Below are positions 35,001 through 47,016 of a stretch of 64,000 bases of DNA, piece after piece. Every line of letters starts with the position of its first letter. The stretch's first letter is position 1. The DNA is from Nemertoderma westbladi. Taxonomy: Eukaryota; Animalia; Xenacoelomorpha. The notes under the pieces are model-generated. The model did no database searches and was not told the origin of the DNA. It worked only from the letters and a program-made list of their open reading frames with translations. The stretch spans positions 1 to 64,000 of the forward strand of contig JAUCBJ010008853.1 of assembly GCA_032718475.1 (NCBI GenBank), read 5' to 3'. A program made the translations under genes and the position numbers.

Positions 35001-38000
35001 GGATTTTATATCACAGAAATTCCAGAATATAATATTTTTTTAATGTTTTTTAGTATTGGGTGAATATTCTAGAACAGTAGTAGATATGTTTTTGTATGAT
35101 AGCTACCCGTTCCCGTTCCCGTTCTACCAAAGCTGACTGGAATATCGTCAGTACCGGTACTGTGGGCCTTGGTTCTACACAGGAATACAGAATAGTGATC
35201 AATAAAGCGGGAAATTTGAAGTTATTTTTATGTTAAGTTAATTTGCAATTTCAAAACATTGAAACTACTGTATAATTTTCCGATTTTCAGACAAAAATAG
35301 GATGAAACTTTAAATATCTCTTTGTGGTCCTATGGCAATCTGAACCGATTATTACGTTACGGTATTTTCGGTAATACACAATTATGTTTCGGAATTCAGT
35401 AACGTAACGTAATTTGGAAATTATTCCGTAATGTAATATCGTAACGTAAAACATCCTTGGTAATGAGGGAAGCAACTCTTTATCTCATTTTAACTTGTGT
35501 GGTTCCTTTTTCCCCTTTATTTTAACTTTTGTGGTTACCTTTCCCCTTTTGGGTTCCTTTTTTGTGAAATTTGCCGCTGGGAGGGGTGTAACTACTGAAA
35601 CCACTAAACACTACTTCCTATCAGCACTTCTTAAACTATCAAACTAAAGATTGCACATATGTACATGTACCGGTACCAAGGCCGAATAGAGGTCATGCAG
35701 CCAGAATTCAGCTTTTTAACTAGAGAGGGTTGAAGTGTTTTTAAGTGAAATACGATAGCAAAGGTAAACAAAACTGGTTTTCTAACGTTTTCGAGGGTGC
35801 TGAATCCGTTTTTACAACATTAGAAGCGTAAATAAATAAATTTCTTTATGTACTCCCATTTTTTTATTGTTAATTTTATAGTTCCTCTGTATTTCTCGTT
35901 TATTTGAATGTTTAATGTAAAATTGAAAAAAATGTTTAATGTAAAATCTTTCAAAAAAGATTCGGATTTAATTCTTAAATGTTATTAAATTAATAATTAA
36001 ATTAAAGCGAAATTAATGTTTACGAGGTTAGCTTTGTAATCTTCCTAATCTTCTGTTTATCGGGAGATCGAAAACTGGTTATGCGATTTAGTAGTGTGTT
36101 CAATTACACCATTTTAGCTTTGTGTGAAAATCCCTTTGGCAGTGAGTTGTCAGCTGAATTGAGTCTATTAATATCAAACCTCCCGATCTACATGGTAATT
36201 GAATAACTTCCATTAAAAAAGCGTAAACATACAATGCCAGTTTAAAGAACTTGTTTGGAAACGTTAGTCTGCCACGATTTAAAACATATAGTGAATTATC
36301 CAATATATAATTTGTCGCAGAGCTAAGCAGGGCATTTTTGCGCTACAAGATTCGACGTGGTTTGTCACCCAGGTATTGAGATAAATATACCAGTTTTTGC
36401 GCTTCGGTTATATACGTTGATCCAATCTGAGAAAGAACCATTTTTTAAATCCAAGATAATCAACGGGGTCTACCTCGAAGGTACGGATCTCCATCTTGGG
36501 CATAGCTAGGCGGTTCTCTAATGCTCGGATGATGCCGACGTCATCCGAACTAGGATGACTAGGAGGGTTATAGTTACTAACGCTTTCTCCCATACATGAT
36601 GGATCGATAAGAGGTGGAGTTTTAATAATGATGCGGTTACGGATTTTCGGGGTGGACGTGAATGGATTATTGGATCGAGGGGTGGCGTCCCATTCCGAGT
36701 TCTTTTCAGGCTTGTACTGGGGAACACTCGGTGCTGTAAGGTTGGAAGGGAGATAGGGTTCCTCATTCTTAAGCGTAACCGGTGGGGGATGGAATGCCGG
36801 TGCTTGCGCCGATAGTGTGGACCGGATAACTGGTGGGAACTCGGGTTTCGGAGGTTTTGCAGCCAGTGGCATAAATGACTTTTCTAATTCCGGGCCCGGA
36901 ATTGGTTCATAGTCCTGTTCTATACCCCTTTCCCAGTCCTCGTACAGTTGGAGGTCCCGTTCTATGAGTGCGGCTTCTTAGTCTGCGAGTTTAGCAATAT
37001 CCGCATTCTTTTTGTGAATAAGAATCGCTTGGGCCTCGGCATTTCGTTTATGCTTTTCGGCCTCTTGTTTCCATACCTCGGCCTGTTGTTCGGCCTCTAC
37101 TTTATGCATTTCGGCCTCTTGTTTACGTTGTTCCGCCTGTTGTTCGGCCTCTAGTTTACGCATTTCGGCCTCTTGTTTTTGTCGTTCGGCCTCTTGTTTC
37201 CGTATCTCGGCCTGTATTTCGGCCTCCTGTTTATGTCTTTCCTCAGCTAGTACGTCCTGTTCGATCTGTAATTGGACGTATTCGTCCTCCATTCGGGCTT
37301 TAAGGGCCAATGCCCTCTGTTCTCGTAGCTGATCTCGGAGTGGCTGACCCCCTTGGGAGCTGTGGCTGAACCGGATATCTCGCTCCTGGTGCTGGAGTGC
37401 TGGTGCCTCGAGGACCCCGTTCTCTTTTGCTGAACCACAGTCCTGGTGCCGGAGGTCTGCACTGATTCCGCGTCCGCCCTTTCAGTTCTTTTGTAGTACT
37501 GCTCTTCGTAACCTCTCACAAGGCTGAGGGTCCTCCGATGTTGCTTACGGAACTCTTCCAGATGTGTAACGTGTTCCTCCACTCTGGGGTAGTTTTCCAG
37601 ATTGGTTGCGGGGATGAGTTCCTGATATGCCTGTATCATCCGTTCATATCGTTGTAGGATACTTCGGATTTTTTGTAGTTGAGTCTGTATGTCGCTGAGG
37701 GGGGTCTCAACTCCCTTTAGTTGTTTCTCGATGCGGTGATATGCTCGAGTCAGTCCGCCTTTGAGAGCTCCCAGTCAACGGGCCATGTTCTTTACGTTTG
37801 GGACCTCGTTGGCTTCCGAGTCTGTGGGGGGCTCCATTTCATTGGTGTCGGAGACATTATCCATTATCATTCTAAAGCCTCGTTTATTGCTAGATATGCG
37901 ATATCGTAGAATAGTTTGTCGTAGGTTTCGTATTCAGCCTGAACTACCCGAACGGTAATCCTGAATCGTCCCACGTTCGTACCCTGTACTTCGACTTCAA

Positions 38001-38431
38001 TGTGCCAGATTCCTGGCTCTACTTGGATTATATCAATAGATGTGATCGATACTTCCATTCCCTGTTAACGACTCGCTATTAATGATCTGCCGACTACGAG
38101 TTTTAGATTGAGTTTGTAAGTTGATTAAACCACGGCTTTGTCTTAAATCAAATACCAGAGTTTCCTCGTAGTGGGTGCTGGGTAAGCACGGAGAGAGTTT
38201 GAAGAATACTGTAGAATTCCCAACTTCCACCAGTTGAAGTTGGCCCCAAATTATTCTCAATTTTGTTGCCGTTATTCCCGACACCATGGGGAAAACGCCG
38301 ATGCTGGAGGCGGAATTTTCAGACCACAGGATTCCGACCAGTCACCGGATATTGGGAGTGGAGAAGGAGTCCTATCTGAGATGCAAGATTGCAGTCGAGA
38401 AAAAGTTGCATTGGTTGGAAATAATCTTTAA
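29095..38431 (-). mobile_element. gag-pol: Decayed BEL/Pao LTR retrotransposon 3 (gag-pol with many frameshifts; 3' LTR missing)
   Basis: Gag (36408-37640 and 33088-34200, with CFRCLGTGHYVRDC and CAVCNDLRHHTLLH), YYLPTHYV, RT FYVDDG, RNase H FSDAS/IPRHEL/NPADLLTRG, integrase GVDCFGP/SDNGTNF/LTPKHLL, and C-terminal WPVARV...RPIQRLCLLE. Confidence 0.92.
34220..36345. other. About 2.1-kb non-coding insertion of DNA-element fragments splitting gag of BEL element 3
   Basis: Gag reads KLVYLSQYLGDKPRRIL up to about 36345 and resumes FEGGSHEAYYDAWKTLDKRYG at about 34215. The insert has many TTACTGGGTTTT repeats. Junctions are approximate. Confidence 0.7.
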
Positions 38432-38755
38432 TGTAACTAAACTCTGAATGAATCCTGATTGAGAATAATTTGGGCTTCCCCACACCAATATACCAAATAT
38501 TCACAATAATACACGAACATATAAATTCCTGAGTACTGCTTGATTTTGCCTCCCACCCTTGGCACTTAAATATCCGATATGAGTCCCGTGCCCCGTAAGT
38601 CGCCCCAATAGTCGCCCGTAAATCGCCCCCAGTCCATTGAATATACCCAAATTCCATGTTCCCGCACCCAGTACTGATATTGGAATATTCATTATAAATA
38701 AATCCGAAAAATATTCAACTCGCATTATGAAAAGTTGAAATACCGCGAACACTAT

Positions 38756-39432
38756 CCGTTATTGCTCGTTGTTGCTCATTGTTGTTCATTGTTGGTCATT
38801 GTTGCACGTTGTTTTTCGTTGTTCCTCATTGTTGATCATCGTTGCTCTCTGTTGCTCATTGTTGCTCGTTGTTGTTCTTTATTATTACACGTTGTCGTTA
38901 TTGCTCGTTGTTGCTCATTGTTAGTCATCGTTGCTCGTTGTTGTTCGTTGTTCCTTATTGTTGATCATTGTTGCTCACTGTTGCTCATTGTTGCTCGTTG
39001 TTGTTCTTTATTATTGCTCGTTGTTGTTCGTTGTTACTCATTGTTGCTCATTGTTGGTCATTGTTGTTCGTTGTTCCTCATTGTTGCTCATTGTTGGTCA
39101 TTGTTGCTCGTTGTGGTACTTTATTACTACACCTTGCCGTTATTGCTCGTTGTCGTTATTGCTCGTTGTCGTTATTGCTCGTTGTTGTTATTGCTCGTTG
39201 TTGCTCATTGTTGGTCATTGTTGCTCGTTGTTGTTCGTTGTTCCTCATTGCTCCCTTGTTGCTCGTTGTTGCTCATTGTTGCTCGTTGTGGTACTTTATT
39301 ACTACACCTTGCCGTTATTGCTCGTTGTCGTTATTGCTCGTTGTCGTTATTGCTCGTTGTTGTTATTGCTCGTTGTTGCTCATTGTTGGTCATTGTTGCT
39401 CGTTGTTGTTCGTTGTTCCTCATTGTTGGTCA
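38756..39432. repeat. Low-complexity TTGCTC(G/A)TTG / TTG-rich repeat
   Basis: Direct inspection; gives spurious ORFs in all + frames. Confidence 0.9.
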
Positions 39433-39869
39433 TAGCCTCTGGTGTGTTCCAAAAAGGATACCAAAAGGATTCCGTCTTGGCAAAGTTTATGGTCAGTTTG
39501 TTTTCAATACACCATTGGGCTCATTCCATGAAAAGGTCAACCTCCCCACTAATTTCTAAAATTGAGATGTAGCTTTGAATTTATACTTATTTTAGGTCAA
39601 AATTTATCCTACTTCATGAATTCAGTGCCAAAAATTGTATCAACACAGGTTGTTTATCAAAAATAGTCGAATTACAAATTATGCACCTGCTCTGCACAAA
39701 ATGTGAATAAAAGTGTGCAAAAGTTTCGTTTCCTGTAGGCACTTCCTATGACCAATAAATTAACATTTCTGAGCATGTACCAAATCATAAACAAACCCCT
39801 TTTCGAATTTTTTTGGTTTTATTTAATTTCACCAGTGTTTCATTCCTCTGTAATGAAATCGATAAAGTT

Positions 39870-41490
39870 AATCTTGTGATGTCCCATACTTTACCTAAAA
39901 TAGTGAAATTTTTAGTTTATTCACAGAGATGTAACTCTGCCTAATCACCCAGTGGAATGCAAAGCACGTTTGTGTTGCGTCATCGTATAAAACAATTAGT
40001 TTAATCTTCACTCCCTCAGAAATATCATGGCGGCCAATTGAAATTTGTCCCATACTTTACCATGAAAATGGCGATTATATTAGTGCACTGCATTAATGTA
40101 ATATGTGAAGCCATGAGTGTTATAATACTCTAAGGTCATAGACGGCCGTAAGAATAGGATTCTATATTTGAACTGAGAATCATTCCTCAGTCAATAAATC
40201 TTTGGGTTTATGCATGTAAAGTCCCATACTTTACCAAAAAATAGTGAAATTTTTAATTTATACACATAGAAGTAGTATAACTCAGCCCAATCACCCAGTG
40301 GAATACAAAGCACGTTTGTGTTGCGTCATCTTAAGAAACAATTACCTGTAGTTTCATAATCTACTCCCTCAGAAACATCATGACGGCCAATTGAAAATTG
40401 TCCCATACTTTACCATTATAATGGCGATTACATTAGTGCACTGTATTAATGTAATATATGAAACCTGGAGGGCAGGAGTGTTATTAATGCTTTAGGGTGA
40501 TAGTAGTGGGAAGCATAGAAGTATGTATTTGAACTAAGAATCATTCCTCAGTTAACTAATCTTTGAGTTTATGCATGTAAAGTCCCGTACTTTACAACAA
40601 ATTTCAAAAAATTTAGTTTTTTAGAAGATAAGAAGATCGGTAAGTACAGTAATTGATACATTTTCAGAAAAATGGAAAGAATTTCTAAACTTTTTACAGA
40701 CTACATGTGTACCAAGTTCGGTTATATTTCATCAATGATTGGCAGACTTATTTCGGTTTTTATCAAAATTTTGAAACTATCGGTACCAACAGACAGATGT
40801 CTGATATGTGACCTTTGATTCCTTAAACTTCAGATTCTTTCCAAACTTTTGACAGACTTCATACGTACCAGGTTTGATTTAATTTCATCTAAAAATGACC
40901 GAGTTATACAGTATTAGCGATCAAAAATTAGACAGATGACATACAACTCCTAAGGGCACCCATATGCTAAGACTTCGGGTCAATTTGTGGGCCGCCCCAC
41001 ATTTTGTATCCATATCTTGGTTGGAAATACTTAGTTGCACTTTATATTTATAATACTTAGTTAAGTGTAAGAGACCATTTTGACCATAAAATTCGTACAG
41101 GTCCCGTACTTTACTTAGCAATGTCCCATACTTTACCACACAAACCACACTGTAAAAAATTAGCAATGCAGCAATTCGTCTTATATTTATATTTTTATTT
41201 AAGCTTAATAATACATCTTTATCCTAAACATCAACTCAACACCGTACCTGCTCACAATTCGCTAAATTTTAGAATTGAAATCATAAAATAAAAAAAACCA
41301 TTTCGTACGAATCCGTACTTTACCTTAATTGGACAAGTTGGCGTTTTCTCAAAAGTGACTAAGTCCCGCCATAAGCTTCGCGAAATCAAAGCTGATATTC
41401 GAAAGTTTAATCCAAGCGCAATTTTGTGCACATATGTGCTGTGGTTAACATTGTACAGGCAATCAAAGTTGTGTACGAATGTCCCGTACT
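39870..41490. mobile_element. Non-autonomous DNA-element region with about 350-bp tandem units and recurrent GTCCC(A/G)TACTTTAC motif
   Basis: Units start at about 39880, 40221 and 40582. 41100-41280 is an inverted homologue of 25890-25965 joined to 26770-26875. Confidence 0.55.
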
Positions 41491-42160
41491 TTACTTTGGA
41501 ATGAGCCATTGACAGACTCTACCAATCGTGTTAGTTAATGAAATAGATATATTTTCTGAGTGTGCATCACTGTGGGCCAGTCCAGTATAGTCTGCGAATA
41601 TGGGCACTAGAGTGTCATCTTCAATTGCTTGGGGGATGTCATTGGTACCGCTGATGTACATTAGTACTCCGAGGATCGATCCCTGTGGAACCCCAATATC
41701 AATTTGCTTGCAATCGGAATGAACATCTCCTATGGAAACATACTGTTTAATTTGTTTATAACAGTTAAAACTTTCTTTGCTCAAATCGATGAGAACCATA
41801 CCTGTTAGTTGACCTCTATCTATGGACACACGGATGTAATTATCTAATAACATAAGCGCAGACTCTGTTGAGTAACCGATTCGATAACTGGACTGAAACT
41901 TGTTTAGTGTGTTGTTGGATACTAGGTAGTACATCCATTGGTCAAACACAACGCGTTCTATTATCTTGGACAGAATGGCTAATAGGGCAATTGGTCGGTA
42001 GTTACCACGCTCTAAATTGGACCCTTTTTTTTCTTTATTGGATTAAGTTGCGCGACTTTGTAGCTTTGTGGAAATGTAGATGTTTCTATAGATTAACTAT
42101 GTGCCGGAAAGGAATTACTAGTGAGTTCAATCCATCTTTAATAACTCGGGCGGGAATACA
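41491..42160 (-). mobile_element. CR1/L2-group LINE reverse transcriptase fragment
   Basis: NYRPIA..ILSKIIER, QSSYRIGYSTESAL, LIDLSK, GVPQGSILG, IFADYT. Confidence 0.8.
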
Positions 42161-42161
42161 G

Positions 42162-43005
42162 AATGTACAGTAGACATAATGTACAGTAGATATAATGTAC
42201 AGTAGACATAATGTACAGTAGACATAATGTACAGTAGACATAATGTACGTACAGTAGAAATAATGTACAGTAGACATAATGTACAATAGACATAATGTAC
42301 AGTAGACATAATGTACAGTAGACATAATGTACAGTAGACATAATGTACATTAGACATAATGTACGTACAGTAGAGATAATGTACAGTAGACATTATGTAC
42401 AGTAGACATAATGTACAGTAGACATAATGTACAGTAGACATAATGTACAGTAGACATAATGTACAGTAGACATAATGTACAGTATAAATAATGTACAGTA
42501 TACATAATGTACAGTGAACATAATGCACAGTAGACATAATGTACAGTAGACATAATGTACAGTAGACATAATGTACAGTAGACATAATGTACAGTAGACA
42601 TAATGTACAGTAGACATAATGTACAGTAGAAATAATGTACAGTATACATAATGTACAGTAGACATAATGTACAGTAGACATAATGTACAGTATACATAAA
42701 GTACAGTATACATAATGTACAGTAGACATAATGTACAGTAGACATAATGTACAGTCGACATAATGTGCAGTAGACATAATGTACAGTAGACATAATGTAC
42801 AGTAGACATAATGTACAGTAGACATAATGTACAGTAGAAATAATGTACAGTAGACATAATGTACAGTAGACATAATGTACAGTATACATAATGTACATTA
42901 GACATAATGTACAGTATACATAATGTACAGTAGACATAATGTACAGTAGACATAATGTACAGTAGACATAATGTACAGTAGACATAATGTACAGTAGAAA
43001 TAATT
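42162..43005. repeat. 16-bp satellite (GACATAATGTACAGTA)n, left array
   Basis: About 50 tandem copies with point variants. Confidence 0.97.
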
Positions 43006-43047
43006 TACGATTTTGCGATTTGATAATAATTTGCGATCATCTACTGT

Positions 43048-45109
43048 ATCCGGGAGGATTTACAGGAGGTTGGGGGTGACGTGCAGCTCTGTCTTGGCCA
43101 GAAGGCCGGGATAGAGTTCGCCATCCACAGCCTCAACGACGCCTTCGACAGCGATGATTGCGACGCGGTGTTACAGATAGACGCCACCAATGCTTTCAAC
43201 GTTCTAAACCGCCAGGCAGCGATCCATAACATCCGGTCTGTCTGTCCCTCGCTGGCCACCGTCGTCACCAACTGCTACAGTCGCCCCTCACGGCTGTATG
43301 TGGATGGGGAGTTTATCCTCTCAGAGGAAGGCTCCACACAGGGTGACCCGGTGGCCATGCCGATGTTTGGCGGCTCGATGATGCCACTTATAATCAAGTT
43401 AAGGGAACTGTGCGACATCATCCAGCGTTGGTTCGCGGATGATGGGAACGCGGCAGGGAAACTTGCGGAGCTCCGCAAGTTTTGGGACATTGTATCGAAA
43501 GAAGGTCCGCTTTACGGCTATTTCCCTTCGAAATGCCATCTAACTGTCAAACCAGGGAAACTAGCCGAGGCGGAGGCGTTGTTTGCGGGGACAGGGGTGG
43601 TGATAAACACCGTGGGCCACGAACTCCTGGGCGGCGTTATAGGGAGTGAGGGATTCAGGGGTGAGTTCCTGGACCGGATGGTGGATGAGTTCGCTGCCCA
43701 GGTCGACCGTATCTCCGACATCGCGGCGGTCGACCCCCACTGCGCGTACGCGGGGCTGGTGTTCGGGTTGTCGTGTCGGTGGCGGTACGTCTCGAGGGTC
43801 GTCCCGGGCGCCACCGAACACTTCGCTAAGCTGGAGGAGGCGGTGACGCGGTTCCTCTGTCGCCTCACCAACCGCCCCGCTATCTCCCCGGAGGAACGCC
43901 AGCTCCTCTCCCTACCGGTTCGCCTGGGAGGTCTGGGAGTCCCGGTAACCAGGGATCTCGACTCCCAATATAGGAACTCCCGGGCGATATGTGAACCCTT
44001 CCGCCAGCCAACCTCCCCCATGATGTCCCAGGTCAGGGAGGACCAGAAGCGGGTGCTGTCGGCGCTAAAGGCCGATACCGCTCAGAGAATAAAATCGAGA
44101 ACGGAGGAGGTCAACAGCATTATATCCGTAGAACAACGGAAGTTATGCGAATTAACTTCGGAGAAGGGGGCGTCTACTTGGCTTAACACCAAGCCACTGA
44201 GTCATCTAGAAACTCACCTGGACAAGGAGGAGTTCAGAGACGCCCTCTGTCTGCGGTACGGGTGGTCGCCGAAGAACCTCCCATCTCGTTGTGCCTGTGG
44301 GGAGCGATTTTCCGCTTCTCATATCCTGTCGTGCCCCACTGGAGGGTTTCCCTCTATAAGGCACAACGAGATCCGAGACTTCGTCGCCGACTCCCTGACC
44401 GAGGTGGCTCACAATGTGGCTGTTGAGCCAATGCTCCTGCCACTGTCGGGTGAGCAGTTCACCCTCCGATCCACCTCGACCGACCAGCAAGCGAGACTGG
44501 ACGTTTCGGTGAGCGGATTCTGGGGCAACCGCTTCCAGAAGACGTTCATCGACGTCTCAGTCTTCAACCCGCTGGCCGCCACCAACGCCGCCATGACGTT
44601 GGACGCCGCCCATCGCCACCATGAAGACCGGAAGGCCAGGAAGTATGAGGAGCGAGTGAGGGAAGTTGAACACGGCAACTTCACTCCCCTCATCTTCACG
44701 GCCTTCGGTGGGATGGCTCCAACCGCCACCCAGTTCGTCTCCCGCCTCGCGCACAAGATCGCCGATAAGCGGGAGATCCGTTACTCAGATAGCGTGACCT
44801 GGGTGCGCCGGCATCTCAGTTTCGCCCTCCTCCGTTCCTCCCTCCTCTGTCTGCGGGGGTGTCGGTCGGCAGCGCGCCGCCCTGTGCGCTGCAATATCGC
44901 CGACACCTCCATCCGTCTGACCAACGCAGCAGTGGACACTACCGGTACTATTAACTAACTGCAAACTGAAAACTGCAGAAGACAGGCAAATAGGCCCTCA
45001 CTACCCTACTGTACATATTCAAATGTTGTCCAAGTATTGCCGTGTGTATATAGTTTCTTGAGTTATTTTTATAATATAATATACGTTACAAAAAAAAAAA
45101 AAAAAAAAA
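43048..45109 (+). mobile_element. 5'-truncated CRE-clade non-LTR retrotransposon with poly(A) tail
   Basis: GC-rich uninterrupted ORF, about 130-bp 3' UTR and A20 tail at 45090-45109. Confidence 0.88.
43081..44958 (+). CDS. RT, zinc knuckle and restriction-like endonuclease (N-terminally truncated)
   Basis: DATNAFN, GSTQGDP, WFADDG, LPVRLGGLG, EKGASTWL, CACG...HILSC, RHNEIRD, ARLDV...FIDVSV, K.RKY, FTPLIFTAFGGM. Confidence 0.9.
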   Translation: MQLCLGQKAGIEFAIHSLNDAFDSDDCDAVLQIDATNAFNVLNRQAAIHNIRSVCPSLATVVTNCYSRPSRLYVDGEFILSEEGSTQGDPVAMPMFGGSMMPLIIKLRELCDIIQRWFADDGNAAGKLAELRKFWDIVSKEGPLYGYFPSKCHLTVKPGKLAEAEALFAGTGVVINTVGHELLGGVIGSEGFRGEFLDRMVDEFAAQVDRISDIAAVDPHCAYAGLVFGLSCRWRYVSRVVPGATEHFAKLEEAVTRFLCRLTNRPAISPEERQLLSLPVRLGGLGVPVTRDLDSQYRNSRAICEPFRQPTSPMMSQVREDQKRVLSALKADTAQRIKSRTEEVNSIISVEQRKLCELTSEKGASTWLNTKPLSHLETHLDKEEFRDALCLRYGWSPKNLPSRCACGERFSASHILSCPTGGFPSIRHNEIRDFVADSLTEVAHNVAVEPMLLPLSGEQFTLRSTSTDQQARLDVSVSGFWGNRFQKTFIDVSVFNPLAATNAAMTLDAAHRHHEDRKARKYEERVREVEHGNFTPLIFTAFGGMAPTATQFVSRLAHKIADKREIRYSDSVTWVRRHLSFALLRSSLLCLRGCRSAARRPVRCNIADTSIRLTNAAVDTTGTIN

Positions 45110-46728
45110 GACATAATGTACAGTAGACATAATGTACAGTAGACATAATGTACAGTAGACATAATGTACAGTATACATAATGTACAGTAGACATAATGTA
45201 CAGTAGACATAATGTACAGTATACATAATGTACAGTAGACATAATGTACAGGAGACATAATGTACAGTAGACATAATGTACAGTAGACATAATGTACAGT
45301 AGACATAATGTACAGTAGACATAATGTACAGTATACATAATGTACAGTAGAAATAATGTACAGTAGACATAATGTACAGTAGACATAATGTACAGTAGAA
45401 ATAATGTACAGTAGAAATAATGTACAGTAGACATAATGTACAGTAGACATAATGTACAGTAGACATAATGTACAGTAGACATAATGTACAGTAGACATAA
45501 TGTACAGTATACATAATGTACAGTAGACATAATGTACAGTATACATAATGTACAGTAGACATAATGTACAGTATACATAATGTACAGTAGACATAATATA
45601 CAGTAGACATAATGTACAGTAGACATAATGTACAGTAGACATAATGTACAGTAGAAATAATGTACAGTAGAGATAATGTACAGTAGACATAATGTACAGT
45701 AGACATAATGTACAGTAGACATAATGTACAGTCGACATAATGTACATTATACATAATGTACAGTAGAAGTAATGTACAGTAGACATAATGTACAGTAGAC
45801 ATAATGTACAGTATACATAATGTACAGTATACATAATGTACAGTATACATAATGTACAGTATACATAATGTACAGTAGACATAATGTACAGTAGACATAA
45901 TGTACAGTAGACATAATGTACAGTAGAAATAATGTACAGTAGAGATAATGTACAGTAGACATAATGTACAGTAGACATAATGTACAGTAGACATAATGTA
46001 CAGTAGACATAATGTACAGTATACATAATGTACAGTAGACATAATGTACAGTATACATAATGTACAGTAGAAATAATGTACAGTAGACATAATGTACAGT
46101 AGACATAATGTACAGTAGACATAATGTACAGTAGACATAATGTACAGTAGACATAATGTACAGTATACATAATGTACAGTAGACATAATGTACAGTATAC
46201 ATAATGTACAGTAGACATAATGTACAGTAGACATAATGTACAGTAGACATAATGTACAGTAGACATAATGTACAGTAGAAATAATGTACAGTAGAGATAA
46301 TGTACAGTAGACATAATGTACAGTAGACATAATGTACAGTAGACATAATGTACAGTAGACATAATGTACAGTATACATAATGTACAGTAGACATAATGTA
46401 CAGTATACATAATGTACAGTAGACATAATGTACAGTAGACATAATGTACAGTAGACATAATGTACAGTAGACATAATGTACAGTAGACATAATGTACAGA
46501 AGACATAATATACAGTAGACATAATGTACAGTAGACATAATGTACAGTAGACATAATGTACAGTAGACATAATGTACCGTAGACATAATGTACAGTAGAA
46601 ATAATGTACAGTAGACATAATGTACAGTAGACATAATGTACAGTAGACATAATGTACAGTAGAAATAATGTACAGTAGAAATAATGTACAGTAGATATAA
46701 TGTACAGTAGAGATAATGTACAGTAGAA
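45110..46728. repeat. 16-bp satellite (GACATAATGTACAGTA)n, right array
   Basis: About 100 tandem copies starting immediately after the poly(A) tail. Confidence 0.97.
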
Positions 46729-47016
46729 AAGGTAAAGAAAGAATTGCGTATAAAAGAAATAAAAAGAACTTACAATATTTATCTTATGCTATAATTAAAT
46801 TTACCAAAAAGGAAAATAAGGCGAAGGTAAGAACATACTGTAGAACAAATTAAATCTTATAATAAAAGTGGCGAAAATAAGAATATGATGTACAGTAGAA
46901 AAGGTAAAGAATTGCGGAAGTAGATTAATTTCTTTCAGCGTACATGTAAATAAATGTTTATAGGTTATACTACTACTACTACTAATATAATAGTACATAT
47001 AGTTATTCGATGAATT

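Noticed and set aside
38735-39572. Three overlapping hydrophobic Cys/Leu/Val-rich ORFs
   Set aside because: Low-complexity TTG repeat open in all frames.
42086-46650. Long minus-strand ORFs (up to 543 aa) of MSTVHYVYCTLCLLYI repeats
   Set aside because: These are translations of the 16-bp satellite, which lacks stops on that strand; not genes.
42162-46728. CRISPR-like or telomeric interpretation of the 16-bp array
   Set aside because: There are no unique spacers or cas genes and the context is eukaryotic. The unit is not G-rich and the arrays are interstitial.
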